A DNA stretch of 63,920 bases, filler included, from Sphacelaria rigidula (lineage: Eukaryota), in the NCBI GenBank assembly GCA_964200075.2. It is 8 parts of 8 records of this genome, joined end to end, with 100 filler letters (N's around TTAATTAATTAA, not from the genome) between each part and the next. Parts side by side here need not be neighbours in the genome. Positions count along the whole stretch, not along the records: positions 24,010 to 31,912 come from CAXNAA020013039.1; positions 32,013 to 39,914 come from CAXNAA020013041.1; 6 more parts are not named here. One strand, written 5' to 3'. The notes under the pieces are model-generated. The model did no database searches and was not told where the DNA came from. It saw only the letters and a list, made by a program, of their open reading frames with translations. Positions 25,273 to 37,860 of this stretch are shown in pieces. The position numbers and the translations under genes were made by a program. Positions within the stretch are counted from its first letter, which is position 1; the number at the start of each line of letters is the position of its first letter.

Positions 25273-26600
25273 TCACGCGCAATTCACGCAACTCCTTCGT
25301 AAGAAATCCGGAGCGACCTCAAAAATATCCGTGAAAGGCTCCCACGTACGCTCCTCAACTTCGAAACCGACCCAGTCGACCACCACGATCAAAAAGCGAT
25401 CCTCTGCTTCTGCCACTCGGACAATACCAGCCATCTGAAATTTACCCTGATTGAAAGCATGCTGGAACACGTCCTTGACGTCAGCCGTAACATTAAGCTG
25501 CAAATCTGCATTAAAACGCAAACGAGCTATATGGGCGGTCTGACCACGACCCGAAACAATGTTCTGAATCTCAAAGACGTGCGGTTGGCGAGCACCAACG
25601 ACTCTCCATGGACCAGTCCACGTCGCCATCAACTTGGGCGTAACACCCGGACGACGCACGCGAGCATACAAGACATGGTCGCCTACCTCAAAACTCGGCA
25701 AGTCCAGCCGTGACGAGGACCCCTCACGTCTACGCGCACGTTCAGCGGCAACACGTTCCTGCACTTGAACGTGGAAACGTTCTTGCAAGTCCAAGACTCC
25801 TTGCAATGCACTCTTAATTTGAACATCGTCTACAACATCACACTTCCATTCCCCCGCCGACGAAGACGCCAGCACCGAGAAAGACGTCCGAGGGGCACGA
25901 CCAAACATCACGTGGTACGGCGTACTATCGTAACGACGACGATATGCTGTATTAAGCGCCCATTGCACCGCTGGCAACACGTCCACCCACTCGAAAACCG
26001 CTCTACGCTGCTCGAGAAGAATAGAGCGAAGAGCACGAACTACTTCCTTGACCATGCGTTGGCACGTACCGTGAGACCACGGAGAATACGCTACTGCAAA
26101 CCGGTGGTCAACGCGCAAAGCCTCTCGCAATCGGGCCAAGATCGCATTTTTGAAATGCAAGGCGGTATCACTCACCCACACACGCGGCACCCCCAAAGTT
26201 TTGCACCAATTCAGCAAAGATGCAGCGGTCGATTCAGCAGTACACACTGCTACTAGTTCCAGAGACCCAAAGTTGCTCAAATCATCCATGATTACCAAAA
26301 TGTATCGAAACCCAGCATCCCCCGACAAACCGTGGGAAGCTAGCGGGCCAATCTTGCCCACGTACAAGAAGTCAAAATGAACGACTTTATTCGGCGTGGT
26401 CCCATGGACGGTTTCGCCGAGCGGGTGGGAAACAACATCGCCCGCCCTCGAGTCAGCACAGTGAAGACACTGGCGGACAAATTCGCGCACATGAATTTCC
26501 ATCCCCTACCAGACACAAAACTCTTGCAAGCGCACGAGCGTCGCAGCCACACCACGATGTCCAGCGTCGCGCATGTGCGCGCAAATCATCACACGTATCT
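25273..26600 (-). pseudogene. Gypsy integrase with C-terminal chromodomain-like region
   Basis: HMRDAGHRG...CLHC, VVHFDF, WVSDTALHF, KLMATWTGPWRV, VDWVGFEVEERTWEP. Confidence 0.92.
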
Positions 26601-28488
26601 GCAACTGCTTGTCAGAACTCGGGATCCACAAAACGTTTTGACCACGCACATGCACACGAAACAGACCTTCATTGTCCAAAATAGCAGGACCAACGTCCGA
26701 CTCGAAATATTGTACATCCGCATCTTCGGCCCCAAGATCTTTTCGTTGCGCTTGGCGGACAACAGATTTGGACGGCATCGAATCATCAGGTTCACACGGA
26801 CCATACACAGCCACAGCGCGTGCAGGCAAAGTGGGGATGTTTACCCAGCGCGACAGCAAGTCACCCCACGCGTTACGCTCACCCGAAATATGGCAAACCG
26901 AGTAACGGTACGGGCCAAAAACAGTTTTCCAACCCTCCAAACGTTGTGCCAATGCTGTCGACACAGACGTAACGCACGCTTCCGGGTTGAAAATATACAC
27001 GAGATTTCGGTGATCCGTGAAAATGTGCACGCCATCCCACAACAGATACTCCAAACGACAAAAAGTGCTTGCGATAGCAAAACCGTCCTTATCAATTGTG
27101 GCCCAACGCAACTGCGAACCCTTAAAATTACCACCGGGGAAAGCCAGTGGTTCTTATATCATGCCCTCAACCGGCAAGCGTCTTTGCATTTCCGCTTTAG
27201 GCACCTGCGTAACGAAACTACCCAATTGACACTTAGATGCATCCGGAAACATTAGCACCTGACGATCAGGACGAGGATGGAACAGCGTCATGGCGTGAGC
27301 TACGAGATCCTTCGCTGCCGCCCACGCCTGCAACCTACCCTCCGTCCACGATGCAGGCGGCATAGCGCGGTTTTTTGCAACACGCTTCGTCCGCCTCGCA
27401 GCACCCGCCATGAGTTCTTCGAGGAAAAAACGCAAGGGAGCTACGGTTTCTGCCATACGCGGCAATAAGGTACGCAGCCATTTCACGGCCTGCAGGAATT
27501 GCATGAATTCTGCGGCCGTCTCCGGGCGCCGTATGTCAGACAAGCCTTGCAATCTGACAGGATCATGAGATACGCGTCCGTGTGAGTACACTTTCCCATA
27601 CCATACGAGTTCACCAGCGAAAAAAGTGCATTTGTGCGCCGCCGCAAACAAATCAACATTCTCTAAACGGACCAAGATAGCATCAAGCGTGTCTAGAAGT
27701 TCGTCTTCCGTATCCGCGAAAAAAAACACATCATCCACCCATATCTTGCATTTTAAGCCGACAAGCAGTTCTGTCAAGATACGATGGAAATATGTCGTGG
27801 CATTCAACACGCCTTGTGGTACTCACTTCGGGGTAAACACGCCTAAGGGGGTCGTGATTGTGAGAATCTCCTGCGCCTCCGCCGCCAACGGCATCTGCCA
27901 ATAACCTTGGAGGAGGTCCAACTTGCCAAAAAATCGAGCACTCAAGAGATCACGCATGCCCGACTCTTGATCGGGCATCACACCCGGCAATTTCTCAACC
28001 TGATCATATACAGCCTTATAGTCGCTTACCAGGCGAAACGAGTCTTTATTGGGAACCGCCATCGCCGGACTGGACCATACCGCCTGCAGGTCCGGACTAC
28101 CAACCCAAGCGCCAAAAGAGCCGCCATGCACGACGCTAACCAGCTCGACTTCACCGGATCGTACCGCCGCGTCTTCGCCTACACCGCGGATGCCCCAGGT
28201 TGCAGCTGAACACGCATGGGCTCCACACGCGCAGGGGGGTCGCCCTGCAGCGCACGACGAAACGCTTTGATGCGGCGATGCAAGATGTCGCGCAGGCTTT
28301 CCGCTTTGGGGACGCTGAGGCCCTTCGCCACAGCACCCGTCACGCTCTCCTCCAGCGCGATCTTCCGAGCGGGCTTCTCTTCCGCCGGGTCCATGAACAT
28401 ATCCGGGCCGCGCTCTACTAAGCGTTCCACCGCCGCATCTCGCTCCTCCGTCACCTGTCCCCCAGCCTCCTGAAAAGCATCCACCCAC
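26601..28488 (-). pseudogene. Gypsy reverse transcriptase and RNase H (fragmented)
   Basis: FRLVSDY, KLDLLQGYWQMPL, IWVDDV, MFPDAS, IFTDHRNL, HISGERNAWGDLLSR. Confidence 0.92.
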
Positions 28489-28958
28489 AAGTTCACGCGA
28501 CGACTGCCCAAAAAGGCGGGCGTCTCCACGCGCGGACCAGGCGGAGACATCTGCGTCTTGATGGAGTCCTTCAACCGCTTATACGGGTCGACTCCTAGAT
28601 CCTGTAGCGTCGGCAGCCCCAGAAGAACAACGCCATTCGACCCTGGCATAATCGCAAACGAGATCGGAAGCAACGGCGCCAGCCCCCAAGCAGTCTTGAA
28701 GGCTAGCTGCAACCGGACAGTACACTCCGTGACTGAAACATGCTGACCTGACGCGGTGACTGCCTGCCGCGCCACCAGCGAAAACGGGATGCGCAGCGCC
28801 ACACCCGGGAGTTGTTGCTCCAGCATCTCAACCATCTGCACCGGCAGACTAGTGAAATGGGCGCCAGAATCCAACACAGACCGAACCACAATGGCTCCAC
28901 GCTGCCATTGGTTCGGAAAACATAACTCCGCCGGAATGTATATGTCGACAAGCTCCAC
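28179..28958 (-). pseudogene. Gypsy aspartic protease region
   Basis: VLDSGAHFT and VLLGLPTLQDLG motifs. Confidence 0.85.
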
Positions 28959-29087
28959 GGAAACTTCTCCCGCTGACCTATGCGCCGCTAATCCCCCCTG
29001 GCGTTACGACTGCGCAAGCTGCGCAGGCGATGACGCCTCAGCAGGTTCAAACGGTGCCGCCGGCGGGTACGCCCCCCAGCCAGCAAG

Positions 29088-30230
29088 CTAACAACTTGGC
29101 GACCCTCCGACCAGCGCGTCAACAGGCGTCGCGCCTGGCACCACCGGCGCCGGCGCAGTGTTCGACTTTGTAGAAGTCGGGCCCACCTGCACCGCCCGTT
29201 GCGGAGCACCAGCACCTACGGCGGCGCCGGACCCAGAGCCAGGCCCATGCTGATGCCGCTGCTCCTGCTGCTGCTGCGGCTGCTGCTGAGGGCTCGCCTG
29301 CGGCCCTCCATCGCTGGAGGATTCGCCGCCACCACCACGATTACCTCGTCTTTTGCCCTTGTGCTGACGATACTGATGGCGCGCGGCACTAGACTGCCCA
29401 GACTCTCCACTGGAAGACGTTGGGCAATCGCGCGCGTAATGGCCGACCTGGCCACAGCGGTGGCAAGTAATACTCGCGGCGCGACCGGCCGATTCCGAGC
29501 CATGGTTGCGCAAAGATTTCGGCGAAGAGGTGGACGACTGACCGAACACCTCTATTTTCCGCCACTCCTTGGTCTCGGCCACGACGGTGCTCATCACCAG
29601 GTCAGGGTCGACCTTCCAGTCCGTTTGGTGCTGTAGCTTGATATCACGTCTTGCTTGAAATTTTCCGGTGCCAACCCCTCCACCAAAGCCTTAGTGATTA
29701 CTGCTGCCGGGCCGGGAATGAAGTCACCATCGGGGGAACGATATACTAGTTCCACGTTCGGATTTTCCGTGAAGTACTTATTCAAATTGGCCAAGATGGG
29801 CTCCACACGCTCCAACATCGTTTTGCCCCGAGAATCCATGGCGACAGCTTTCGCCACAGCCGCAGACGCTTGGCTCAGATCTATCTCGGCGCCCGCCGCA
29901 TGCCCCAGCATGCTTTTTGATCGCCGCGACCCATTGCGACGAGGTGAGCGTGCTCTCATTATGTTCCAAACGAGCGGACACTCTCTGTACATGAGTCGGC
30001 ACTTGTTGAGCCATTGTCACCACCTGATGCCGCACGGCACCCCCTGAATTAGCGTGCTTCACACCCTTCTTGTATCCCAAATACCTCGTGAAAAAGTGCG
30101 AGATGCACTCTCTGAGTACCTGTCCCCGTATTGGGGAGGTTGCAACTCTTCCCGCATGACCACGGGGGTCACTGTGAAGGTACCTCGTGAGCCGGTAGCC
30201 ATAGCTATAGCTGTAATCGGCTACCTGCGA
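29088..30230 (-). pseudogene. Gypsy gag with zinc knuckle (frameshifted)
   Basis: CHRCGQVGHYARDC; overlapping ORF pieces 29088-29597, 29594-29992, 29778-30080. Confidence 0.8.
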
Positions 30231-30503
30231 ACCTCTGCAGGCCAGCGGACCTTCGCGAATCGCACTTTCCTTGCTTCGTCACCGCACCACTCAGTCGTAG
30301 GAGCCTCAAAACTCCCGCTGCACGCAGCTTCAGCAAGTCTCCAGTCTGAGTCTATCACAGGCCAGCCGCCTTGCTGCAGCCGCCTCAGCTGGAACCCTCT
30401 CCACGCGTCCGTGGGTTATCAGGTTTCCACAGCTACCAAACCGCCGAATTCCTTTTCAGCAGGTTTTTAGCACTAACACTAGCACTAGCACTGATATCGA
30501 TAT

Positions 30504-30752
30504 TGTGACGCCAGCCAGTGGAAGAACTACTGGATCACTCTTGTTGAGGGACTCCCCAGTCTTTCTGGCCTAAGTTTCCGTTGTCAGCCTTTACAACATC
30601 TCATTATTCAGGAGTGCCCTCGTAGGCACAGCCTCCTAGACACGCCAGGATATCAGCCCAGTGTCCTCGGCCATTATCCATAACCCTCACTTTCAACGGT
30701 CATTATCCAGATCATCACTACCAACTCAACGTAACGGCGTTATTTCGTCACA
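30504..30752 (-). repeat. Gypsy 5' LTR
   Basis: TGTGACG...CGTCACA; followed on minus strand by GATATCAGTGC, resembling a degenerate tRNA-Met PBS (TGGTATCAGAGC). Confidence 0.9.
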
Positions 30753-31720
30753 GTCTACAACAGTTTGTCGACCATCCGCCAAGGCACCAGCAAGGCAGCT
30801 AACGAAACAATTTGAAAGACAAAGTTGTCCCTCAATTTGACAGGATCATTCAATATCCTGACAGTCGGACCATCGCCATAATCACCGGATGATAAGCCCG
30901 TTGGTGACAAACTGATTTATCTCGACCTGCCTCGCGAACTCCAGGGCAAAGACACCAAACCCCGCGTCTCCGTGCACAGATGCAAACCCTACACGAACCC
31001 GCATGATACAAGCGACATGCCCAAGTACCTGCCTGGTGGACTCACACAGTACGTTCTCAACAGTTACTCGACCAAGCCACCGCCCTATCATGTTACCACC
31101 GACGACGTGACGGAACAGCCCCTCCGGTTGACCGTGTCCACCATCTCCGACTACTAGATGACCCGTGGTCGAGGTGGCAAAATTACTGTCATGTATAAGA
31201 CCCACTGGCACGGTCTTCGGAGAGCGTCCTGGGGACGCGAATCCGACCTTCAATTGCACCGCCGTGCAATCCTCCTGTACTGGACGCAATCCCCGCATCA
31301 ACATCTTGCTCACAACAAGAAATACCGCAACATACGTCGTGGTGCAGCAGCCCGCGAACTGCGCCGCGATCAGGGACTATGCTTTGTCGCCGATGGCTAC
31401 GAACTTGTACCCACCAAGACTTGGAAAATGAAGTTCCTCGCAAACCAGTGAGTGCAACCCAACGGCAGCTACGTTTGGCTCAAAGGCAGCGACAACCTCT
31501 GGTGGTTGGGTTAGACCCACCCCGCTAACCTTGTTTCTGCCGACACATACATCGTGCGCTTCATCGATGACCCTGGACCCATGCAGCTCAAGCGCCGGCC
31601 AGCACTATACACCACCAGCCTATCTGCACCACGCGGATCCTGGTGCCTTCAGCGACTCAAGTTCAAAGGAGTTCGCCGCGGTCTCCAGCGGAACATTGAC
31701 CATACCCACGACGTCCACGC
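30753..31720 (+). pseudogene. 3' fragment of a different Gypsy pol (integrase C-terminal region)
   Basis: KLSLNLTGSFNI (GPY/F-like), RVSVHRCKPY, YKTHWHGLRRASWGRESDL (chromodomain-like); internal stops. Confidence 0.65.
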
Positions 31721-32012
31721 CCCGTTCATGTACTTTGATATGGCAATAACGAGAATAAGCACGCGCGGTTTGGTGCTGTATATACTGGACTGCGTACAAC
31801 ACCGTACAGGACAACAGTACGATATATCGTGCTTACACATGTACGGTGCAGTATACTGCAGAGTTACAGCGTGGCATATGGACTACGTATGGCTATACAG
31901 AGTGGATGCCCGNNNNNNNNNNNNNNNNNNNNNNNNNNNNNNNNNNNNNNNNNNNNTTAATTAATTAANNNNNNNNNNNNNNNNNNNNNNNNNNNNNNNN
32001 NNNNNNNNNNNN

Positions 32013-32069
32013 CCCGGGAAGCGGTTGATTCTCATTTCAAAATACGTTCTCATTTTTCTGGCAACCCTG
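32013..32069. mobile_element. hAT-like MITE terminus (right)
   Basis: Exact reverse complement of 39848-39904; ends ...TGGCAACCCTG. Confidence 0.85.
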
Positions 32070-32593
32070 TTTCTTACACGAAACACTCGAATGGAATCTT
32101 GAACAAACAGAGCATCATAGCATTTCTCGGCACGAAAATATCCGATCATCTGAACTTGAAACACACGAAGCTTGGACTCCACATTTTCCCCTGCTTTTAC
32201 TGTACCGTCCCATGGGTGGATGCTCGTATTGTTGCGTACTCTTACAAAGTTGGGTGGAGCACGTTGCCCTCCCGTGAAGTTGTCGCTTCCGTACTCTGGA
32301 AAAAAACGTGGGTTGTTCTCCTGCTCGTGGTGTGCTGTACCCACCGTGGGATTACCTTGTGCGCCTGCGCCTAAATGCATACTCCCTTCTCTTTCGTACT
32401 CTGCAACAGCATCGCGTTTTGCTGCCTCGATAACCTCTGCCTGTTTTTCTTCCATGGTTCGTAGTTTTTCGGTCTGCTCTACCTCCGTACGCCTAAGCTT
32501 TTCCGTTAACTCTTCAGTACTGTACTTCATGTTAGCCATGGATCGGCTTTTATTATCTACTGCTGTTACTTGTTGTTGAATTGTTTGTCTCAC
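32070..32593 (-). pseudogene. N-terminal part of Copia-2 gag (coiled-coil), broken by the MITE
   Basis: ORF reads ...CYDALFVQDSIRVFRVR into the MITE; continues naturally as REEELIRQHG at 39847. Confidence 0.7.
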
Positions 32594-32654
32594 TTGTTGA
32601 CTCTCTTCCTCGTTGACTCAAGCGCAATCAAATGCTGCTCTATTATTCGAACTG

Positions 32655-33095
32655 TAACAAACGCTAACTGCGTAACTCTTTTTGAAGGCTCAAGCGCTAT
32701 TAAGTGCTACTGAATTTTGCCTCTGACCGTGACACACGCTACATGCGTGACTCTCTTTGAAGGCTCAAGCGCTATGGAGTGCTACTGAATTTTGCCTCTG
32801 ACCGTGACACACGCTACATGCGTGACTCTCTTTGAAGGCTCAAGCGCTATGGAGTGCTACTGAATTTTGCCTCTGGCCGTGACACACGCTACATGCGTGA
32901 CTCTCTTTGAAGGCTCAAGCGCTATGGAGTGCTACTGAATTTTGCCTCTGGCCGTGACAAACGCTAACTGCGCGACTCTCTTTGATGGCTCAAGCGCTAT
33001 GAAGTGCTGCTGAATTTTGCCTGGCCGTATCAAACGCTAACTGCGTGACTCTCTTTGATGGCTCAAGCGCTACGAAGTGCTGCTGAATATTGCTC
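32655..33095. repeat. 75-bp tandem array (~6 units) in the Copia-2 5' leader
   Basis: GAAGGCTCAAGCGCTA-type unit starts at 32684, 32759, 32834, 32909, 32984, 33057. Confidence 0.95.
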
Positions 33096-33246
33096 AAACT
33101 CGTCTCTTACCTCCCTGCTACTCCGGCTGCTGTCTACCCGTTTCAAACTTGCTAGCGTATTTGATAAAGGGATGATCCCGTAGGGGACGCGCTCTGGACA
33201 GGGGAATGCGTATACCTGCTTCTTGTTGTATTAACCTCTTATAACC

Positions 33247-33510
33247 TTCACTCACCACACATCAACCATGCACGCTCCACCCGAGCTGCTCTCTCCAACC
33301 CAAAACGCACTGACCAAAATGCACTCTAAAACACAACTGACTAAGGTAGGCAGGACTGCCTGTTGAGTTCCCCCAACTATTCCAACCCCAGTCATAACAT
33401 AATCCGTCAACGTACGCAATGCGATATCCACGATACTTAATCAATCAGCACCCCATGTCCCGAATTAATCCAAGTACATATGTACTATTGTTCAGCTCGA
33501 CGATATTGAA
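33247..33510 (-). repeat. Putative single LTR of Copia-2
   Basis: On minus strand: preceded by purine tract GTGGGGGG, ends TTCA...TGAA, followed by GGTTATAAG resembling copia-type GGTTATGGG PBS. Confidence 0.5.
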
Positions 33511-33784
33511 TTAGCCCCCCACGTTGAGGCTGAGCCTTACTTTTATCTCACAAAAAAAACGTAGTTCCATCCCATGACATCAGGCGAATACAAAACATGA
33601 ATGCCGTGATACACGGAAGATTCAGCAATCAAAACCAAAATCATCAACACACATCGCCTCCAAAATTACATGCCCCCCTAACCTCTCATCATCTTACCAT
33701 TTTCGGGGGCATGGAGTATCAAAACTCATGACCGTATTTTTCCAAAAACATTTCCGTTAAAATTTACTCTTCTCCCAACGGTAA

Positions 33785-35250
33785 TCAAAATATGCTCATG
33801 ACATACTTACGATGGAATTCAAAACATTCTGCCGGTAAAACCTTCGTAAAAAAATCGGCATGCTGGTACTCCGATCTGACATGAATAATTGAAATATCCC
33901 CCCTAGCCACTAAATCCCTGAAAAAATGGTATCTCACATCTATGTGCTTAGAGTTAGAGTTTGATATGGGATTCTGTGACATTTGAATAGCATCCTGATT
34001 GTCCTCGAACATTGGGATACAAGTCTCCCCAACTTCAGGCAACATGAATTCCCACACCTGTCTCGAAAATAGCACCTCCTTCACCAAGTCAGTCATTGCA
34101 ACGTATTCTGCTTCAGAAGTCGACAACGTCACACATTTTGCGTCCTCGAGAACCATGACACACATCCACCCCCGCACATAACTAGTCCACCCGACAATTA
34201 TCGCCTATCGGCAGCCTTACTCGCGTAGTTTGCATCTGCATATTCTTGAAAGCTGAGACCTTGTAAACTGCCTCTCCGAAAAGTGATTCCCAATGTACTC
34301 GTTCGCCTAACATATCCAAGTATGCCAAGAGCAGTGCGCCAGTGAATCAACCGTGGGGATGCGCAATATCTTGCTACCGCTCTCACCGTGTTACAAATAT
34401 CCGGTCTAGTCTGATTTGCCAGCCACATGAGTGACCCTACCAATTCTCTGAATGGAAACATCGCGACCTGCGCATCCTCATTGAAATCCTCTAGTTTCAC
34501 ACCTGCACTCATAGGCGTCTTATTCCCCCAAAATATATTGTACTCCTTCGCCAACTCTTCTGCAAAAGTCTGTTGCGATACCGTAAGTGTCCCCCTTTTC
34601 AAGTCCCTCTCGTAATATAGTCCCGAATACCATCTCAGTTCTTCTAGATTCTGGACTGGTACCATAGTGCTCAGCTGTTTACCAAATCCATCACATCTCT
34701 CCTCATTCCCTACGGCAAATATATCATCAACACGTACCACCAGGGTGATCATTGCTTGGCTGTCCTCCATCAGTCGAAACACACACGAATCCGCCAAACA
34801 CTGATCAAAACCTAATTTCTTAAGGCATCCTGCTAAATGGAGATGCCACTGTCTCGAAGCCTGTTTGAGGCCATGAAGTGATTTATTGAGTCTCATTACC
34901 TTACCAGATAAATTACCACAGCCATGAGGCAAACGCATGAACACATCTTCGTTCAGTACTGACTGGACAAACGCTTGCTCAATGTCAAAATGGCGCAACG
35001 AAAGGTTTTGCTCACAAGCAAGTGCTGTCAACAATCGTACACTCGAAATCGCTACTGTTGGTGCATATAAATCACCGAAGTCAATGTCTGCCCGTTGTCG
35101 ATCGCCCCTCGCGACCAGTCTTGATTTCGCTTTTGTTGGCCACCCAAACTTATCTGCCTTCCAGTTGTAAACCCACTTCGCGGGAATAACATTATCTACT
35201 AATTGCTATATTACCGCATCCATGGTTCCCGCTTCATCCAGGCGTTGAAC
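33785..35250 (-). pseudogene. Copia-2 reverse transcriptase and RNase H (frameshifted)
   Basis: HFDIEQAFVQ, LNKSLHGLKQASRQW, VRVDDI, TRPDI, YADANYA, LSTSEAEY, FEDNQ, KHIDVRYHF, QHADFFTK. Confidence 0.95.
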
Positions 35251-35779
35251 CTCTCGCGCCATGGAACCCTCCCATATGCCTCCCTGTTCCGGACGTGCTG
35301 CTTCAGCGTATGTCTTTGGTGTGGTCGACTCTCTCACTGGGCGGTGGGGAGGTCTAGGTGGTTCATGCGGCGGACGCTCCTCCTTCATTGCTATGTTGAT
35401 GCCCTCGCGCGTTGCCATCGTAGTCGCAGTCCGATATTGCAAATCCTTCCGGCCTCTACTGCGGAGCGCGTCAGGTTAGCGGATAAAAGGGATGGTTTGT
35501 CCAGCTGCGTGAAAAGATCCCTCTCGTGATGAATAAGTGCGATGCTGTCTTCCTCCTTCATCTTGGCTGTATGCTGGGCTGTCTCCGATCGGGTCCTTCC
35601 CGGTTGCCGAGGGTCACTACTCAGGTCAAGTTCCTTCGTCACGTTGTCGGGCAACGGTGATAGAGATGGGTCTTGTAGGTGGTGAGTTGATGATCAAGCC
35701 TCTGAAATAGATGATGGTGCCGACGAGCCATTCAAAATCGGGGGTGAAGTTGGTTGACGGTGCACAGAATGAGGTCCCT

Positions 35780-36365
35780 GGGGTGGTGGAGTTGACCGTA
35801 TGTCGCGCTGGTTTTGTTTGTGTTGCGTGGCGACGGATGGTGGTGCTGCCGCAGCATGTCGCGGTTGCGTGTTAATGGGATGAAAGGTCGCGGCGGAAAA
35901 GAACTGAACGGTCGCGGCGGGACGGGATAGAATGGTTTATGGTGTCGTCCCGATGGGGCAGCATGATGTGGTCTTGGTGAGATGGGATAATAATATCGCG
36001 GACTAGTCCGGTGTGGCGGCGGCAGGTTGGCGGCGGCGGCATATGATCGTGATTGCGGTGGTGAGATGGCTTGGTTCCGCGGCAGCGGCAGATTGTACGC
36101 GGCGGCGACGGGTACGGTATGGTGTAGTGGTGGAGCAGGATGTCGGCGCGACGGTAGGTCGGCGGTGGCGGCGGCATGCTGTTGTGGTTGTGAGTGGGCG
36201 TGGTTTCGCGGCGGCGGCGGGTCGACGGTTGTGTCGGGATTATGTCATTGTGAAGGAGCGTGGTTGTGTGGCGGCGGCAAGTTGGCGGCGGCGACAGGTA
36301 CTGAGTGATGTGGTTGCGGGGCATGGTGGTGTGGCGGCGGCAGGTTGGCAGCGGCGGCAGCGGAA
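35780..36365 (-). repeat. Pro/His/Ala-rich degenerate repeats between integrase and RT
   Basis: Recurrent GCCGCCGCCAACCTGCCGCCGCCAC (AANLPPPH) units on minus strand. Confidence 0.7.
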
Positions 36366-37579
36366 GGTGAAGTCTCAGTGTTGTCGTGTCCCCCCCCCCT
36401 TCCGTCGAGCGCCGCTGATGGTTGGAGTGGTAGGCGGGGCACTGTCCAGACCACGCTGTTGGTATAGCAGACGGCGCCGGTGGAGGCTTTGATGACCTTG
36501 ATTGTTGAGGATGAATGGTTGCACCCGTTGTTGAGATAGTAGCACTTGACGGCTTGCGGGTCCATCTTGGAACGTCGTGTGACCCTCATCATTCCAGGTT
36601 GGAGGGAGGGAACGATCTGAAGAGGAGGGGCACGGCCGGTGAAGACCTGGTATGGCGGGATCCTCCCAGGGTTGGCCATCGTGGCGGAGCGGTTGAAGCC
36701 ATCCGCGGTCCAGACTGCGGACTCCAACCAGAGTCTATCCAAGGTGCCACCAAGTCCGGGGGCGGCCGTGAAAACCTCAGCGGGGAAGAGGCGCGGAGCT
36801 TCACATCGCGCAGCGTTACCAGCCTCCATCATGCGCCAGATTGCGCTCTCGGCCACAGCGTTTTGCTTCGGGGTTTCGAGCGCTGTATTGTCGCGGCGAA
36901 TCCGTACCTCGTCACAAAAATCGATGAAGTTTTGCGAACGGAACTCACCCCCGTTGTCGATGCGGAAGCACCGAGGAACACCGAACTCGTTGACGGTGGC
37001 CATGTATCCCTTCACTTTTGCCAAAGCGTGTGCCTTCCTCGCCAAACCGCAAAGCATGATGGAGCGAGACTTACTATCCACACAGGCGAGTATGTATAAT
37101 GACCCGCCTAGTGTCCGCACATGTGATCCTGTGAGATCGAAGTGGACGATGCCGAGGACCGTGCGTGACCGAGTACTTAAATGTGGGATCCCAACGCGTA
37201 GCCCTTTTGACTCCACATATCCTACGCACGGCGCCAGCTGCCCTGTGAGAGTAATGCCCCATTGGGCGGCGGTCGCTCGGAGAATGGTCTCATGAGCGTG
37301 GTAGAGGGATACGTGAAAGTAGTTGATGTCCAATGTTTGTTGGTGCTTACCAACAGTGAAGGGTCGGCGGCCGGGTGCTATAACTGCAAGTGCCAAATCC
37401 GAAATCTCTTCCTTACTCAATTCCTGAAGGCTTAGAATCCGAGGGAAAAACTCTAGGGGGCTACGTGTAGCAATCACATCTTCCTGGCTCAACAGTAGAT
37501 CCGGCAAGTACAAACCTGGAACAGCAGTCAATCCTGTGGATAATCCACTGGATGGGCTGACAGCATCACTTGCAGACAA
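36245..37579 (-). pseudogene. Copia-2 GAG-pre-integrase and integrase core
   Basis: HVSLYHAHE, VHFDLTG, FRIDNGGEF, PKQNAVAES, LWLESA. Confidence 0.92.
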
Positions 37580-37860
37580 AACATCCGGGGGGGGTTCCTT
37601 ACTGTATCACGCGAGGATACCGATGCAGTAGATTACACTACACTAGGTGAGGTTGCACCGAAAGAAGTACCCGAAGACAAAGTGTTCGGTTGGGCACTGA
37701 CTTCATCACTCGCAGACAGATCATTCGGGGGGTTTCTTACGGTATCACTCGCGGACGGATCATCCGGGGGGTTGCTTATAGTATCACTCGCAGACAGAAA
37801 ATCCGGGGGGTTGCGAACAGTATCACTCGCAGACAGAACATCCGGGGGGTTCCTCATGAC
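37560..37860 (-). repeat. 39-bp (13-aa NPPDxLSASDTVR) coding tandem repeat
   Basis: Four consecutive units at the end of ORF 37633-39006 plus a partial unit near 37570-37610. Confidence 0.85.

Larger units (their letters stand above)
24931..30752 (-). mobile_element. Near full-length Ty3/Gypsy chromovirus-like LTR retrotransposon, disabled by frameshifts and stops
   Basis: Two related LTRs enclosing gag-PR-RT-RNaseH-IN-chromodomain in Gypsy order. Confidence 0.95.

Noticed and set aside
26377..27255. 292-aa plus-strand ORF
   Set aside because: Antisense to Gypsy RNase H and integrase
32655..33095. CRISPR-like array
   Set aside because: Units are contiguous tandem copies with no unique spacers; no cas genes; eukaryotic retroelement context
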